Source: Selaginella moellendorffii (lineage: Eukaryota; Plantae; Lycopodiophyta). From it: a stretch of 64,000 nucleotides of DNA. The translations under genes and the position numbers were made by a program. The notes under the pieces were generated by a model. The model was given only the letters and a program-made list of their open reading frames with translations, did not search any database and was not told the origin of the DNA. The DNA is taken from assembly GCF_000143415.4 (NCBI RefSeq), contig NW_003314287.1:828203-892202 (forward strand), read 5' to 3'. Of this stretch, positions 26,236-40,670 are shown piece after piece (position 1 is the stretch's first letter; every line of letters begins with the position of its first letter).

Positions 26236-29207
26236 ATTCTCTTTGAACTAAATAATTACACTCTTCCCAAAGTCCAGGAGGGCACCAAAACTAAAAGGTG
26301 TGAAATATTGACTTTAGATCTAACATCACTAACTTTTGGCAATCACAAAGATAAACTCAATCTCATTGGCAATATAGGATCATAACTATATAAGGGTTTA
26401 TATAGTGAAGCATTAATAGAACTCTTCACCCTTATAATATATACATATTAGAATAATGGCAAATAGTTATCTTAATCCAAATGTTGAAAGTTTATATATT
26501 TCACAATCATCCTCTTGAAAGTTCGAACAAAATTTTCCACTAAACCATCCATTTGTAAATGATAAACAATTATAAAAGTGTGGTGCATCTCAAGCCAAGA
26601 CATTAAGATATGAAATGCCTCAGCCATAAATGCAAAGTTATTATCCAAACCAATCTACTTGTGGCAAATGTGATTTTAGGTATCGAAAGTTACCTGTCAA
26701 TTATTCCTTTCAGATATTCTTTCTTTACTACCACAATAATAAGAAGTTAGTATTGTTGGTTCCCTTTTCAACCCCTCTTGTTCAAGTGTTAGTAAACTTT
26801 ATTTAGCATATATACTTGCCAGATGGACATAAAGTAGGAACTTCTATGTGTTTCTTGTTGAGCATACTCAGCTTGGCTTTTTGTTCTCTTTTGCGTTATC
26901 CTGCACTAGCTTAACAAAAATGATTATGTATTGAGACTAGTCCTTAATATCACCAAATGGTAGCTTATTGTGTCTGCTAAACACCCTCTCTATCATGCAC
27001 CTTGTGTTAGTTCCATTTGATCCAATTGCTATTTATGGAAAGTGTCTAGATTTATTAATTTGGCACATCTACGAAATGTAGAAATTGTCCTGAACACAAT
27101 GGTGTTAGTTCTATGTCCAAATTCGCAATTTAATGCCATTCCATATTTAGTAAGTTTGGTACTAAAAGTGGATAAGGGTGAAAGCATAAGGGGTTCTAAA
27201 TGTATAGTAGGGATAGTGGGTAAGTTGAGCATGGCTAACCAACTTGAGGTATAATCTAACTTCTACTTGCTTGCTTGTCCTTGTTTTGTGTCTAGTTTGG
27301 GTCTAAGTCTAAGTTCCATACCATGCTAATTGGTGGAGTACCTATATTCTATATCCTTGTGTTAGACCACTGATATGCTAAAATAACACTAGACTCCATT
27401 TGGCTTCATTTTGCATGCTAGTCTTGACATTGGGATGCTAGATGCTCTAAGATTGTCCCAAATCGCTTTGTGCTCTTGTCCTTTTACTCCTTGGATTGTA
27501 TGCTTGGAAGTCATTTCATGCTCTAGTTTTGGCTCCATGCTTAAGAGTTCAGCTCCATTCCTTCGTTCAGTGGCCTAAAGCCCTAAAACTCGGGTTCCAC
27601 TCCACTATCCTTGGACATGTGGCATATGGTATATGGCATATGCATGTGGCATATGGAAGGTTTAAGTTCTACTTCATGGTTATTCTATGGTAAATCACTA
27701 TAGGATAAAGGGTGAAAACCATGTGTGCTACATTTGGTATTAAGTGATGAATCTTAGCGAGTACTATCCAATGAGATTAGGCAACTAATGTTGTTGCATA
27801 TTCAAAGATGAAAACGATGATCCAAATAGGTATATATTTGGGTGCTATAACTTCACCATTGTTCTATGGGTATGAAATTTAATTACCTTTTGTACTAAAT
27901 TATTGAGCTTTCGCTTGGACTCATAGAATAGATGTTAGATGTACCATTTTACACAAATTTGTGTTTGGGCTTGTGAGTGAGGCAAATTAGCAACTCAAGG
28001 TTACACTTTGAGTTGGTAGGATTGATGTTAGCCTATTAGGGATTTCATGAGTTGTTTTATGTACCGAAGGTAAAAGTAAAATTTCCCTAAGTTTGCTATG
28101 AGTGGCAAATATGCTAGTTTGTAACTGTTTAGCATACCACTAGTGGATCCTTCTTAGGCATGATTAAAAGTGGATCAATTAAGATTGTAGGGATTAATGA
28201 GGTTTGGTCAAAGATGAGATTGAAAAGAGTCATCAGAGACAAAGGATCAAACACATAAATTATTCTCTCTTCATGGAGAGATGATTTGCAACGATGTATT
28301 AACTCATTGTTTGTACTCATATCATACAATCAAGAGTCACTACCTTAATGCATGTTGGAAGTGGTAGTTTTACAAATGGTGAGTTGTAGGATGGATAGCA
28401 GTAAAGCACTAAACCATTTTATCTAGGCTTACTATTAGAAAGTTTAGGTTATAATACTCAATTCTTCTCCGGGGAACCTTGATATTGCTCTTTGAATAAC
28501 TTGGTGTTAGATTAGTGTTGAGTTTTGGTTAAAAAGAGAGGTATACGATTGTTTGTGTTATGAACAAAAGTTAATGGTGTTGGATGTTGTAAATCTCTAT
28601 CGGTGGGGTGTGGCATTTATGTATTGCATCATTTGACTTACATGGTTTTTTCATGTTAGCATATTGACTTTACCTCTGTCAATATTATTTATTTGCGTTT
28701 AGTCTATAATGTTAGATTTCATTAAGTCTTGGATGTGGTGAATCACTCCTTGATAATAAATGAGTATTGTTGAAGGTTTAGTCTCGGATATTGAGTACAG
28801 TATCTTTGATATTGGTTAGCTTGATTGTTAAAGAGTTTTTGAGTGGTGATTCACTTTTACTTTCTATTAACTTTGTTTTTGTGTTGATGGCATTGAAATG
28901 ATGCCTTGTCATTGACATTGTTAATGTTGAGATTCAAATAAAATGAGATGTATTTCCATATGATTAATATTGAGTTTTATTAGTTTTAATGGAGATAATG
29001 TTAATAATTTGGCTGTAAATTTGTGTTTTTAGCAACTGTATTAGTGTTTAAATGAACTGAGTGGCAAGTTGAATTAGTTGTATTCTAAATGAGATTGTTT
29101 AATAGGGGTTGAGCTTTAGCTTTTCCTTGAAAAGTGATTTAGTCATGAAGTATACTAGCTTTGTGAGAGGAAGAATTAATGATCGATATTGAAATGTTTG
29201 AATCTTT

Positions 29208-29307
29208 NNNNNNNNNNNNNNNNNNNNNNNNNNNNNNNNNNNNNNNNNNNNNNNNNNNNNNNNNNNNNNNNNNNNNNNNNNNNNNNNNNNNNNNNNNNNN
29301 NNNNNNN
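29208..29307. other. Assembly gap (100 N)
   Basis: Run of N. Confidence 1.
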
Positions 29308-31046
29308 GGCTACGAAATCTGTGTACAATTTAGTCACTGTAAGTTACGTCTTACTATAAAAGATAGATTCATGAAAGATCGTTTAGTAATCACTTATTGA
29401 GCATAGCTTTTTTATGCTTGGCTTTTGGATTGATGCAAAAATACTGTTTATTAGTTTTGGCATTATGAAGTATAACTTTTGGATGTGTTAAGGATAATAT
29501 GATTTTTTCTTTAGTATTGAAGTTAGTTTATGTGAAACTTTTGATCATTGTTAAGCAAGACTTGGCTATAGGTTCCTTCAAGCTTTAAGTTCTTTGAGTT
29601 TTCATACTCATTATTTCATTTGCTTGGAGTTGTTGGGGACTATATTTTGGTTTATTAGCTTTAATATTGAAATTAGTATTTGCATATAAAAATCATTGGT
29701 GATGATTAACTATCATTTAGGATATTTAATTGTCCTTATCAAAGGTTTTGCTTAATTATTATTGATATAGAATGATTTACCGTTCTTCAGGATAGTGGAT
29801 TCTTTCTTCAATGATTCTACATTTCTTTATTGGTGTAAGGAATGAACTCGCCAAGGTGTCGTAGGCTAAAGGATCCCCAAAAGCATGACTAAAATGATAA
29901 AGAGTTCATCGGATGGGACCGAGTCGAAGATCAAGTCCAAGACCAACTTTGGGACCGAGTTCGAGATAGAGTCTGGGATCGAGTCCGAGGCCGAATCAGA
30001 GACCGAGTTCGAGACCGAGTTCGAGACAGAGTCCGAGATCCAAATCAGGTCCGAGATCGAGTCCAAGGTCGAGTCTGAAGTCGAGTCCGAGATCGGGTCA
30101 GAGATCGAGTCCAAGATTGAGTCCGAGACTGAGTCCGAAGTCGGGTCCGAGATCGAGTTCGAGATCAAATCCAAGACTGAGTCCGAGTACTAATACAGGT
30201 CAAGGGGTGAAAGCCCAAAGCGTGCATCTCCCAGAGGGGGGGGAGGGGGGGGGCTGCAGGGCGTTCCAAAAGTATAATAGGGATAGTGAGGTCCAAGAAT
30301 CAGTCTTGAAGGAACTATCCAGTGGTGCTTCTAAACTGACTTGAGGTTGAGACTGGGGCTGAGGGGCCTTGGGTGGGAGTGAGCAGGGACTTAGGTGGTG
30401 CTGGAAGGGCAACCCCAGGAAGTGCTCAAGAGTAGCTCCCACTCCCGAAAGGGAAACCAACTGCGGTGCTCTCGGCTCATGTGGAGTGGTGCCCCACTTG
30501 AGTACCATGCGGCTCATTGGTCCTCGCCCTTCCTAGGGGCTTGGGCCTTCCTTTGGGATGGAAGTGGGGGGGTAGAGGTACCTATACTGGGCCATTAGGC
30601 CACGGTGTTTCGCCCCAGCGTCTCGAAGCAAGTGTTGCACCCAAGACTTGGGATTTAGAGGGTCCCATGATCAAGTCTTGTGGTACCAAGGGGTGTTAGA
30701 AACCTGGAGGCTTGGTGTACTTGGCTGCTTGTGCTTGCGGGGAGTGTAGCCAAACCTTAAATCTAGTCTAACCCGGGGAGGGGGATTGGGAGAGATTTGG
30801 GAATCCGTGGATGGATGGCTAACGTTCTGTTGCTCGTGCAGTGAGTAGTTGAAACTAAGTAGAACCAAGTAGGAACTGATACCACAAGCGGGAACCTTGG
30901 CGAGGGAACTTAGCAAAAGTCAAGGCAGTGTTGGACGGATAAACGAGGTAAGCTGGCAAATTGGAAAGGAAAAATTTGTGGCTTACAATTTGGTATCAGA
31001 GCCTTTTCCTCAGTTCTAGCGAAGGATAGAGGCAGATTGCTGAGAG

Positions 31047-34000
31047 ATGGCAAAGGTAGGGCGGAAACGAACCAAAGTGGAGATGAAACCTCCTCCAGAG
31101 CTGGAGCCTCCGGTCGAGCAAAAGGCTATGGATGAGGAATCCTTGCATAAGGAGGACTCCAGTGAGGAAACTTCCAAACAGGAGTTTGGTGGCGAGGTGT
31201 GGTCGTCCAAGGCTCGATTGGACGTTCTAGAAGGACAATTGGCATAGACCAATGCCCTGCTGGAGACTCTCATACGCAAGCTAAAATGTGACGAGAAGCG
31301 GAAGAAAAAGCAAAAGACTGCGGATGCTGGCAGAGCAGAAGGTGCAGACCCTTCGGTAGGGACTGAGGCAGAACCAAACAAGGTCGAACAAACCAAAGTG
31401 GAATCAGTCCCTCAAGCAATTCGCAAGTACAAACCAAAGCCCCCACCAGTCTTCAAAGGAGTGAACGACTATAAGGTGGTGGAGGATTGGTTTTATGATA
31501 TGGAGGACTACTTCTGAGCGTTGCGGTTACTGAGCTCGGAGAAGGTCCCATGTGCAAAACCATACTTGGCAGATAATGCCAAGTCTTGGTGGAGAACGAT
31601 GGAGGCTAACAAAGGATCGGTGGCCACTTGGGACATGATGAAGGCAAGGATTTGCATGACTTACATTCCTTCGAATGCTACTCTACATCTAAGAGACGAG
31701 TTGAGTAGGCTGAAGTAGACCGGAATCATTCAGGAGTATGTGAATGGGTTTATGGCAAAGAGGATACTTGTCATGGACATGGGGGATATAGATGCATTCC
31801 ATGCCTTCATATCGGGCTTACAAACCTGGGCTCGCGGCGAGGTGATGCGTTGGAACCCGACCAATTACAAAGAAGTGTTGGATGTAGCTATCAAGGTGCA
31901 TTTCAATGATAACCTGTGAAAGGGGAATATGATGAGGTCGGGGTCCACATTTAGCAAAGGGGCCAAACCAAGGGGAACATATAGCAAAGGGAAATTCAAG
32001 AAGAGTTTCTCTAAAAATGAGTCCTTGGGGTTCTGGAAAGGCAAATCCGGTGGCCAGCGAGCAAGTACATGGGGGAGTTAAGCAAAAAGAGACAAACCTA
32101 CGGATAAGAAGGTCAAGTCATTTAGTAGTATGGGAAACAATGTATGCTACAACTGCAATAAAGCAGAACACTTTTTGAGGGAATGTCCCTACCCGAAGAA
32201 TGCCAGAGCCAATATGGCCATTAAGTCGGGTGAAGTCCAAATTGAGGTATGTGATCTAGTCCCTAGCTCAAAGTTACTCATTACACGAGCAACTTTGGTA
32301 GAGAGTCGTTTGCGACATCTACTAGCCCTCCGAGGGAAGCTCGGAGGTAACTTTGTTAAGATCCTTATTGACACGGGTGCTTCGGATAATTTTGTGGCTG
32401 CAGACATAATCTAGCAAGCCGGACTAATGGTGCAGCGGCTGGGTGAACCAAGGACTATAGAGTTTGTTCAAGGTAGCCAAAGCACTGATGAGGTACTTTG
32501 ACAAGCGAGAGTCGAAGTAGGGACTTGGAAAGTAGACATGGATTTCACCGTGTTGGACATAGTAGGATTTGATGTAATCTTCGGGATGGATTGGTTCAAT
32601 TGGTTTGTGGTAGCCCTGCATGGACAAGGTAGGAACCTTGTGGTACTAGCGAATGCCCAAGGAAGAAGATCCAAGGTGGAGGCCCAGGATCTAAAGGTAG
32701 GGCAATGCAAGGCCAAAGATTCATGCCTAAACCTGGTGTCCACAAGAGGACAACTCACTAAAGGGACCAAGGCTACATTTTTGTGCTTGAGGAGTGACAA
32801 AAAAACAGGAACAGAAGAAATACCTTTAGTGATCCAGCGGGTGTTAGACCAATTCCAAGATATCATGCCGAAGGAGCTACCGGCGGAGTTGCCCCCCGCA
32901 CGACCGATAGAACATAAGATTGAGCTGGTCGAGGGTGCTAAGGCAGTGGTTCATCCCCCCTATCATTTGAACGAAAACGAACTTGCGGAGCTCAAGCGCC
33001 AACTAAAGGAGTTGGTGGACAAAGGGTATGTTAGGTTGAGCAAGTCGCCGTATGGGGTGCCGGTGCTATTTGTGAAAAAGAAAGATGGATGCGCATGTGC
33101 ATAGATTACCGGTTGCTCAACAAATATACAAAGAAGAACAAGTACCCTTTGCCAAGGATTGAGGACCTGTTCAATAAGTTGGGAAAGGCAAAATACTTTT
33201 CGAGGATTGACCTAAGGTCAGGATACTACCAGATCAGAGTAGCAGAGGAAGATGTTGAGAAAACAACCTGTCGAACGAGGTATGGGAGCGACTATCGAAT
33301 GTACACGAGTTAAGGGCATTTTTGGGGCTATGTAACTATTATCGAAAGTTTATCAGACACTATTTGAGAGTAGCTCTGAGCTTAACGGACCAAATGGGAA
33401 GATGGTATGGACAGCAAAATGTGAGGCGGCATTCGTCCACCTCAAGGGGAAGTTGAGGAAGGCTCCCGTGTTGGCATTACCAGACTTTGGTAAGGACTTT
33501 GAGGTAGAAACAGATGCTTCAGACTTTGCGTTGGGTGTAGTAGCATTCTTCTCGGAGAAATTGGACAAGGCTTAACGGAAGTGGCCTGCCCATGAGAAGG
33601 AATTGTTTGCGGTGGTCAAGGTGCTCAAGGAGTGGCGACACTATCTTGGGAGACACTTCAAAGTTTACATAGACAATGTGGCAACGAAACACTTCTTGTC
33701 ATAGCCCGACCTGAGGGGAAAACAAGGTCGGTGGGCCAATGCTTTGGCCGAGTTTGATTGCGAGATTTTGTACAAGCCTAGGAAGAGCAACATCGTGGCA
33801 GATGCGCTAAGTCGAAAAGTGAGCTTGAAGTTGGGAATATCCAGCATGACAGCAACCTTTTGGGATGATGTGCGGACCACATACGAGAACAATGGTCTAG
33901 CACAAGAAGTGTTGCTGAGGAATCTAGAGGCATGGGAAGCTCACCAGAGAGGTGAGTTGCCAATGGAAGAGAAAATGGGCTATGTAGAATGCAATGGACT

Positions 34001-36629
34001 CATATATTACAAGCAAACTAAGGTGTATGTTCCAGAAGGGGAGTTAAGGAAGGTAACCTTAGAAGAGTGTCATGATGGACCTCTTGTGGGACACGGTGGA
34101 GTGCCCAAGACAATGGGCTTACTCAAGAGGAAGTACCACTGGCCAGATATGGCTAAGGACATTCAAGACTATGTAAAGACATGTCCAACATGTCAGTAGG
34201 TCAAGGCCGTGACTAAGGCTAGTGGGGGTTTGTTACAAAGCATCCCAATTCCAGATCGTCCGTGGAAATGTCTTATGATGGACTTCATCACGGGACTCCC
34301 CCCAAGCAAAGGGTTCAATGCAATATTCGTGGTGGTGGATCGATTTTTGAAGATGGCACATTTCATACCCACCACAATGGAAGTGGATGCGGAAGGTGTG
34401 GCGAAGCTGTTCTTTGAACAAGTGGTTTGAGTGCAAGGAAGGCCAGAAGAGACTATCTCAGATCGAGATAACATCTTCACCAGTAGGTTTTGGAGAACAC
34501 TCCTGGAATAGTATTGCACCAAGGTTAAATTCAGCACAACCTATCACCCACAGACAGGTAATGGGTATTAAGTCAAGTTTGATGGCACTAACACTTCTTG
34601 ACAGACGGACAAATGAAAAGGGTGAAAAGGTAATTGGAGGATTATTTATGATGCTATGTCTTGGGAGAGCAGATCAATTGAGTAAGTCATTTAGGACTTG
34701 CGGAAATGTGTTATAACAACTCACCACATTCGAGCATCGGGGTGAGTCTATGGGAAGTCATCAATGGGCGAGCTATTGAAGGTCCTGTGGAACTCGGTGT
34801 GGCCAAATATCATGGAGAGATACCCGCAGTGGAGGCATTCACAGCAGAAAGACTCAACATTTGGAATCTAGTGAGGGATTCCTTAGAACGGGCTCAACAA
34901 AGGCAAACCAAGTACGCGAACCAGAAGCACCAGGACGTAGAGTTCTAAGCTGGGGAGAAGGTGTGGCTGAACACCAAGAATCTCAAGCTATTAAGTGGGA
35001 TCAATCGGAAGTTGACCCAAAGGTAAAAATGCATGTATTCCTATAAATGAATTGATCTTGAGTTCCTTAAGCCGGTTCACGGGGGGCCTTATGAGATTGA
35101 GGCTCGAATTGGTAAAGTGGCTTACCGTCTCTGACTTCCTCGAGAGATGGGGAAGATGCACCCTGTGTTCCACGTGAACTTACTTAAGCCGTATTTTGAG
35201 GATCCGCTTTGCAAGGACCAAGTAAGACCTTTACCTGAGGTTATCTAAGGGGAAGAGGAATACAAAGTCGAGGCTGTAAGCAACCAAAGGGAACGACTTG
35301 AAAGACAATCCACAGGCTTCAAATATAGAGGGAAAGGGCCCATGAATAAGAGTGCACCCCTTTTTCCAAATGGTTAAGGGTCTTGGGATACTTGGGGTTA
35401 AGCGTCCTTGGGTTTGAATAGTACTGGGCCAAACTTAAGAGCTCACATTTGGTATCAAAGAGGTCTTGGGTCCGACTCTGTTGGTTGGCTAAGGGAATCA
35501 CACCACATGTTAATTGACATTTGGCAGGTCCAGTTTGCTCCCGCTAGGCTCGACTCGAGGGTAGGGTGTCAAGAGAGCAGGGCTCTTGGGAGAGCTGCAG
35601 CTCTCAACTTCTGTTCACAAGGGCGTGAACTTGCAGAGAAGCGTGATGGATTGTAAGCAACCAAAGAGAACAACTTGAGAGACGGTCCATAGGGTTCAAA
35701 TATAGAGGGAAAGGGCCCATGAATAATAGTGCACCCCCTCTAATACCGATTGTAAGCAACCAAAGAGAACGACTCGAGAGACGGTCCATAGGGTTCAAAT
35801 ATAGAGGGAAAGGGCCCATGAATAAAAATGCACCCCCTTTTCCAATCGGTTAAGGGTTTTGGGATACTTGGGGTTAAGCGTCCTTGGGTTTGAATAGTAT
35901 TGGGCTGGGTGACCGCCCGGGAAGTCCAAACTTAAGAGCTTACATTTGGTATCAGAGCGGTCTTGAGTCCGAATAGTACTGGGCTGAGTGATCGCCCGGG
36001 AAGTCCAAACTCAGGAGCTTACATTTGGTATCAAAGCGGTCTCGAGTCCGACTCTGTTGGTTGGCTAAAGGAATCACACCACATGTTGATTGACATCTGG
36101 TTAGTCTAGTTTGCTCCCCCTGGGCTCGATCCGAGGGGTAGGGTGTCAAGAGAGCAGGGCTCTCAGGAGAGTTGCAGCTCTCAGGAGAGTTGCAGCTCTC
36201 AGCTTCCGTTCACAAGGGCGTGAACTTGCAGGGAAGCATGGTGGATTGTAAGCAACCAAAGGGAACAACTTAAGAGACAATTCACAGGGTTCAAATATAG
36301 AGGGAAAGGGCCCATGAATAATAGTGCACCCCCTTTTCCAATTGGTTAAGGGTCTTGGGATATTTGGGGTTAAGCGTCCTTAGGTTTGAATAGTATTGGG
36401 CTGGGTGACCTCCCAGGAAGTCCAAACTCAGGAGTTTATAGAGCCCATCCTCAATGTGCACAAGAGCAAACGACAAGGACGTGAGGTGAGAGAGTTCCAT
36501 GTGAAGTGGAAAGGATTTCCACACTGTGAAGTAACATGGGAACCGGAGGAGAACCTAGCGAATGCACGAGATCTAGTGGAGGAATTTCTGCAAGGCAGAA
36601 CTCTATGTACTTATGCAAAGTTCAATTAA
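31047..36629 (+). pseudogene. Gag-pol of the Gypsy element (gag, CCHC knuckle, protease, partial RT, RNase H, integrase, chromodomain) with nonsense codons, frameshifts and a deletion
   Basis: CYNCNKAEHFLREC; LIDTGAS; [25 protein letters not shown]; ETDASDFALG; H...GH..C..C and MDFITGLP; FHVKWKGF...TWEPEENL. Confidence 0.92.
35275..36440 (+). mobile_element. Tandem/rearranged Cassandra TRIM array inserted in the Gypsy chromodomain
   Basis: Repeated TGTAAGCAACCAAAG LTR starts, PBS TTTGGTATCA(G/A)AG, 5S-like A/C boxes, near-TSD GAGGC/GAGCC. Confidence 0.85.
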
Positions 36630-39600
36630 AGTATCAATTTGTGAAGTTGAGCAATGGCATATATTGGGACCCGAAGGCATGCCGAAGGTAAGCTAATTAG
36701 CATGGGTTAGCTAAGTCGACCAGGCGTAAGGAATTACATCTGACTCCCTGCAGGGATGTCGAATCCATAGATGTATTCTACGGAGGTTGGGTTTGAGTCC
36801 CAACCCCCTAGTAAAGCAAGGCTGAGTTCAAGTCCCGACCCCATACTAGGGCGTGGTGAGGTGAGGAGTATAGAGACACCTATATTCCGTTGTCATGGGC
36901 TCTTGGTTGGGGAGGCTAACTTAGGCACACCGCTAAGTGGGGGAATGCCCCCGGAGACATGGTCAACAAGTCGTAGGATAAAAAAGAGACGTTCAATGTG
37001 GGCATTGAACTTCTTCTATGGATGGTGGAGTTGTAAGGAACCAACTTGCCAAGGTGTCGTAGGCTAAAGGATCCCCGAAAGCATGACCAAAATGATAAAG
37101 AATTCATCAGATGGGACCGAGTTGAAGATCGAGTCCAAGACTGACTTTGGGACCGAGTTCGAGATAGAGTCCGAGATCGAGTCCGAGGCCGAATCGGAGA
37201 CTGAGTTCGAGACCGAGTTCGAGACCGAGTTCGAGATAGAGTCCAAGATCCAAATCGGGTCCAAGACCGAGTCCAAGGTGGAGTCCAAAGTCAAGTCCGA
37301 GATCAGGTCCGAGATCGAGTCCGAGATCGAGTCCGAGATCGAGTCCGAGACCGAGTCCGAAGTCAGGTCCAAGATCGAGTCAGAGACCAAGTCCGAGTAC
37401 TAATACAAGTCAAGGGGTGAAAGCCCAAAGCCTGTGTCTCCCGGGGGGGTGGCTGCAAGGGGTTCCAAAAGTATAATAGGGATAGTGAGGTCCAGGAACC
37501 AATGTTGAAGGAACTCTTCAGTGGTGCTTCCAAACTGACTTCAGGTTGAGACTGGGGCCGAGGGGCCTTGGGTGGGAGTGAGCAGAGACTTGGGTGGTGC
37601 CGGAGGGGCCACCCCAGGAAGTGCTCAAGAGCAGCTCCCACTCCCGAAAGGGAAACCAACTGCGGTGCTCTCGGCTCATGTGGAGTGGTGCCCCACTTGA
37701 ATACCATGCGGCTCATTCATCCTCGCCCTTCCTAGGGGCTTGGGCCTTCCTTCGGGATGGAAGTGGGGGGGTAGAGGTACCCATATTGGGCCGTTAGGCC
37801 ACAGTGTTTCGCCCTGGCATCTTGAAGCAAGTGTTGCACCCAAGACTTGGGATTTAGAGGGTCCCATGATCAAGTCTTGTGGTACCAAGGGGTGTTAGGA
37901 ACTTGGAGGCTTGGTGTGCTTGGCTGCTTGTGCTTGCGGGGAGTGTAGCCGAACCTTAAGTCTAGTTTAACTCGGGGAGGGGGATTAGGAGAGATTCAGG
38001 AATCCGTGGATGGATGGCTAACGCTCCGTTGCTCGTGCAGTGAGTAGTTGAAACTAAGTAGAACCAAGTAGGAGTTGGTACTATAGGCAGGAACCTTGGT
38101 GAGGGAACTTAACAAAAGTCAAGGTAGTGTTGGACGGATAGACAAGGTAAACTGGCAAATTGGAAAGGAAAAATTTGTGGATTACAATTGGTAGGATGAT
38201 TGATAATATTTTATAATAATTAGTTGTTTTCTTTACTATATATTGTTTGTGATTTGCTCTAGATTGGTCTCTTGGGTTTGAGACATCAGTAGGATGTTAT
38301 TGCCACTTACTTAAAAGACTTAAGTCCTTTAATATGGTTGATTGAGATCTATTTAAATTGGTTAGTGCAATAGTTAGTATGAATGTTATGTTTGTTAGTC
38401 TTGCAGTATTCATTTTATTGATAGTTGTTCAATCTAGTTTTAATAAATTTTGGATGTTATTTCCTTCAGGTGATACATTTGCGAACATTTTGTTTGTTAA
38501 TCGATGATACTTTGTATTCTTTGAGTTATTTTACATAAGTTGTTTGGCATACTATTTGCAATCTTTGATAATTAAGTTTTCTCATAGAGTTTTCTTGATG
38601 ATACATTGGCTATTAAATTTTTATTAAATAGTGAATCCTATAGTTTCCAATTATGATGATGTTGGTGGTTCCTATACTATAATAATGGTTTATTAGATGA
38701 TAAATTACTTAGAACACTTTTATATTCTAATCTAAGATTTATTTATTAATATTAAGTCTCTTAAATATCATTGTCTCTAACTTTGATATTATTCATCTCT
38801 TGATCTTTGAGTTTAGGCCAATATAAGTAAACTGGTTTCAGCACTTCATGTATATGGTAAAATCTTTAGTCATGGGGTAGCTACTGTCAATTGGTCATCT
38901 CTCAATGTTCTTTATTTCATTTAAAAAGAGCATGACCGTACAAACAACTTTAACTATCTATTTATAGTAGTCTATCTAAACCTTACCAATGGGTTTGGTT
39001 TCTTTGTTCAGAAAGGTCAGAGCCTTTAGCTTCTCTCTCTATATCCCTACGAGTAGAGGCGTATCACACTTTTGTAAGCTAGGTGACACTCAAAGTAATA
39101 GGGGTGGCTAACTCCATTGGTCATTTCCTTGTTAGCAATGGCCAAAAGGGGTCTGAGTTGGTAGTGCATTTGCGTTAGAGAAAGAGGTTGCCTCCTAACT
39201 TATTTAAGTTGATGCATTTCTTATAAAGTGTGAATATTATGAAAAAAAAATTGAGTTATTTCCTTGACAGTGTTTTAGACTAAAGTAAACATTGATGAGG
39301 ACATCAATCTTCCCTAAGGAGGGAGAGTGTCACAAATATAACTTTGGGTATCGAAAGTTACCTATTAACTAATCCTTTTAGATATTCTTTCTCTACTACC
39401 ATAACGATAGGAGGTTAGTATTGTTGGTTCCCTTTCAGCCCTGCTTATTCAAGTGTTAGTAAATTTTATTTAGCATATATACTTAGCCAATGGACATAAA
39501 GTAGAAATTTCTATGTGTTTCTTGCTGAGCATACTTAACCTAGATTTTAATTCTCTTTTGCTTTATCCTACACTACCTTGACAAGAACCCTTGCATATTG

Positions 39601-40670
39601 AGACTAATCCCTCAATATCACTAAATGATAGCTTACCATGTCTGCCAAACATCCTCCCTATCATGGATATTGTGTTAGTTCCATTTGGTCCCAACTACTA
39701 TTTATGGAAAGTGTCTAGATTTATTAATTTGGCACATCTACAAAATGTAGATATTATTTTGAACATAATGGTGTTGGTCCTATGTCCAAATTTGCAATCT
39801 AATGCCATTCTATATTTAGTAAGTTTTGAGTTAGTCTTAACTCCTAGTACTAAAAGTGGATAAGGGTGAAAGCCCAAAGCAAGTGTTCCTTAAGGGGGCA
39901 GGTTGTGGGGGGTTCTAAATGTATAGTAAGGAGCCAACCAACTTGAAGCATAATCTAGCTCTTATTTGTTTGCTTGTCCTTGTTTTGTGTCTGACTAAGG
40001 CTTAAGCCAAGTTCCATGCCATGCTAGCTGGTGTGGTACCCATATCCTCACGTTAAGCCATTAGTATACTAAAATAGCACTAAACTTTGTTTGGCTCCGT
40101 TTTGCATATTGGTCTTGGCATTGAGATGCTAAATGCTCTAGGATTGTTCTAAGTTGCTTTATGCTTTTGTTCCCTTGCTCTTTGGTCTATATGCTCAAAA
40201 ATCACTCTGTGCTTCGGTTTCTTCACTCCTTGGCTCCATGCTTAGGAGTTTGGCTTCGTTTATTTGTTCAATGGCCCAAGGCCCTGAAACTTGAGTTCCA
40301 CTCCACTATCTTTGAACACATAGCATGTGGCACATGGCATGTGATATGTGGTATATAAAGGGTTTAAGTTCCGCTTTATGGTTATCCTATGGTAAATCAC
40401 CATAAGATAAAGGGTGAAAACCACATGTGCTTATTCTAGACAAGAATGCTAGAATATCACTTGATTGAGGAGGAAGTATCCAATAGTAGTTGCAAACACA
40501 CTAGCAAAAGCACTAATTTTCACCTAACATGTTTAAGTAATTGAAAGCAATAATGATATATTCATTATTGGTAGTAAACCATGGAAATACCTTATCAGAT
40601 CAAACACCACTAACTTAAATAAACAAAAATTGCTATTAATTCCAATTTTCTTTTTGAAGCATAAAAAGGA

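Larger units (their letters stand above)
29834..38186 (+). mobile_element. Full-length Ty3/Gypsy chromovirus LTR retrotransposon; LTRs 29834-30987 and 37032-38186; TSD ATTGG
   Basis: TG...CA LTRs, PBS TGGTATCAGAGC at 30991, PPT GGATGGTGGAGT, and ATTGG on both flanks. Confidence 0.95.
26660..40433 (+). mobile_element. Old LTR retrotransposon (family C); LTRs about 26660-27732 and 39328-40433; heavily decayed T-rich internal region; hosts the 29834-38186 Gypsy
   Basis: ~1.1 kb direct repeats (GGTATCGAAAGTTACC...GGGTGAAAACC). PBS-like TTTGGTAT after 27732 and PPT AAGGAGGGAGAG before 39328. Confidence 0.7.

Noticed and set aside
29866-30193. E/S/I/D-rich ORFs (also 20609-21085, 37064-37403, 40636-41259)
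   Set aside because: Translations of the GAGTCCGAGATC-type tandem repeats inside LTRs.
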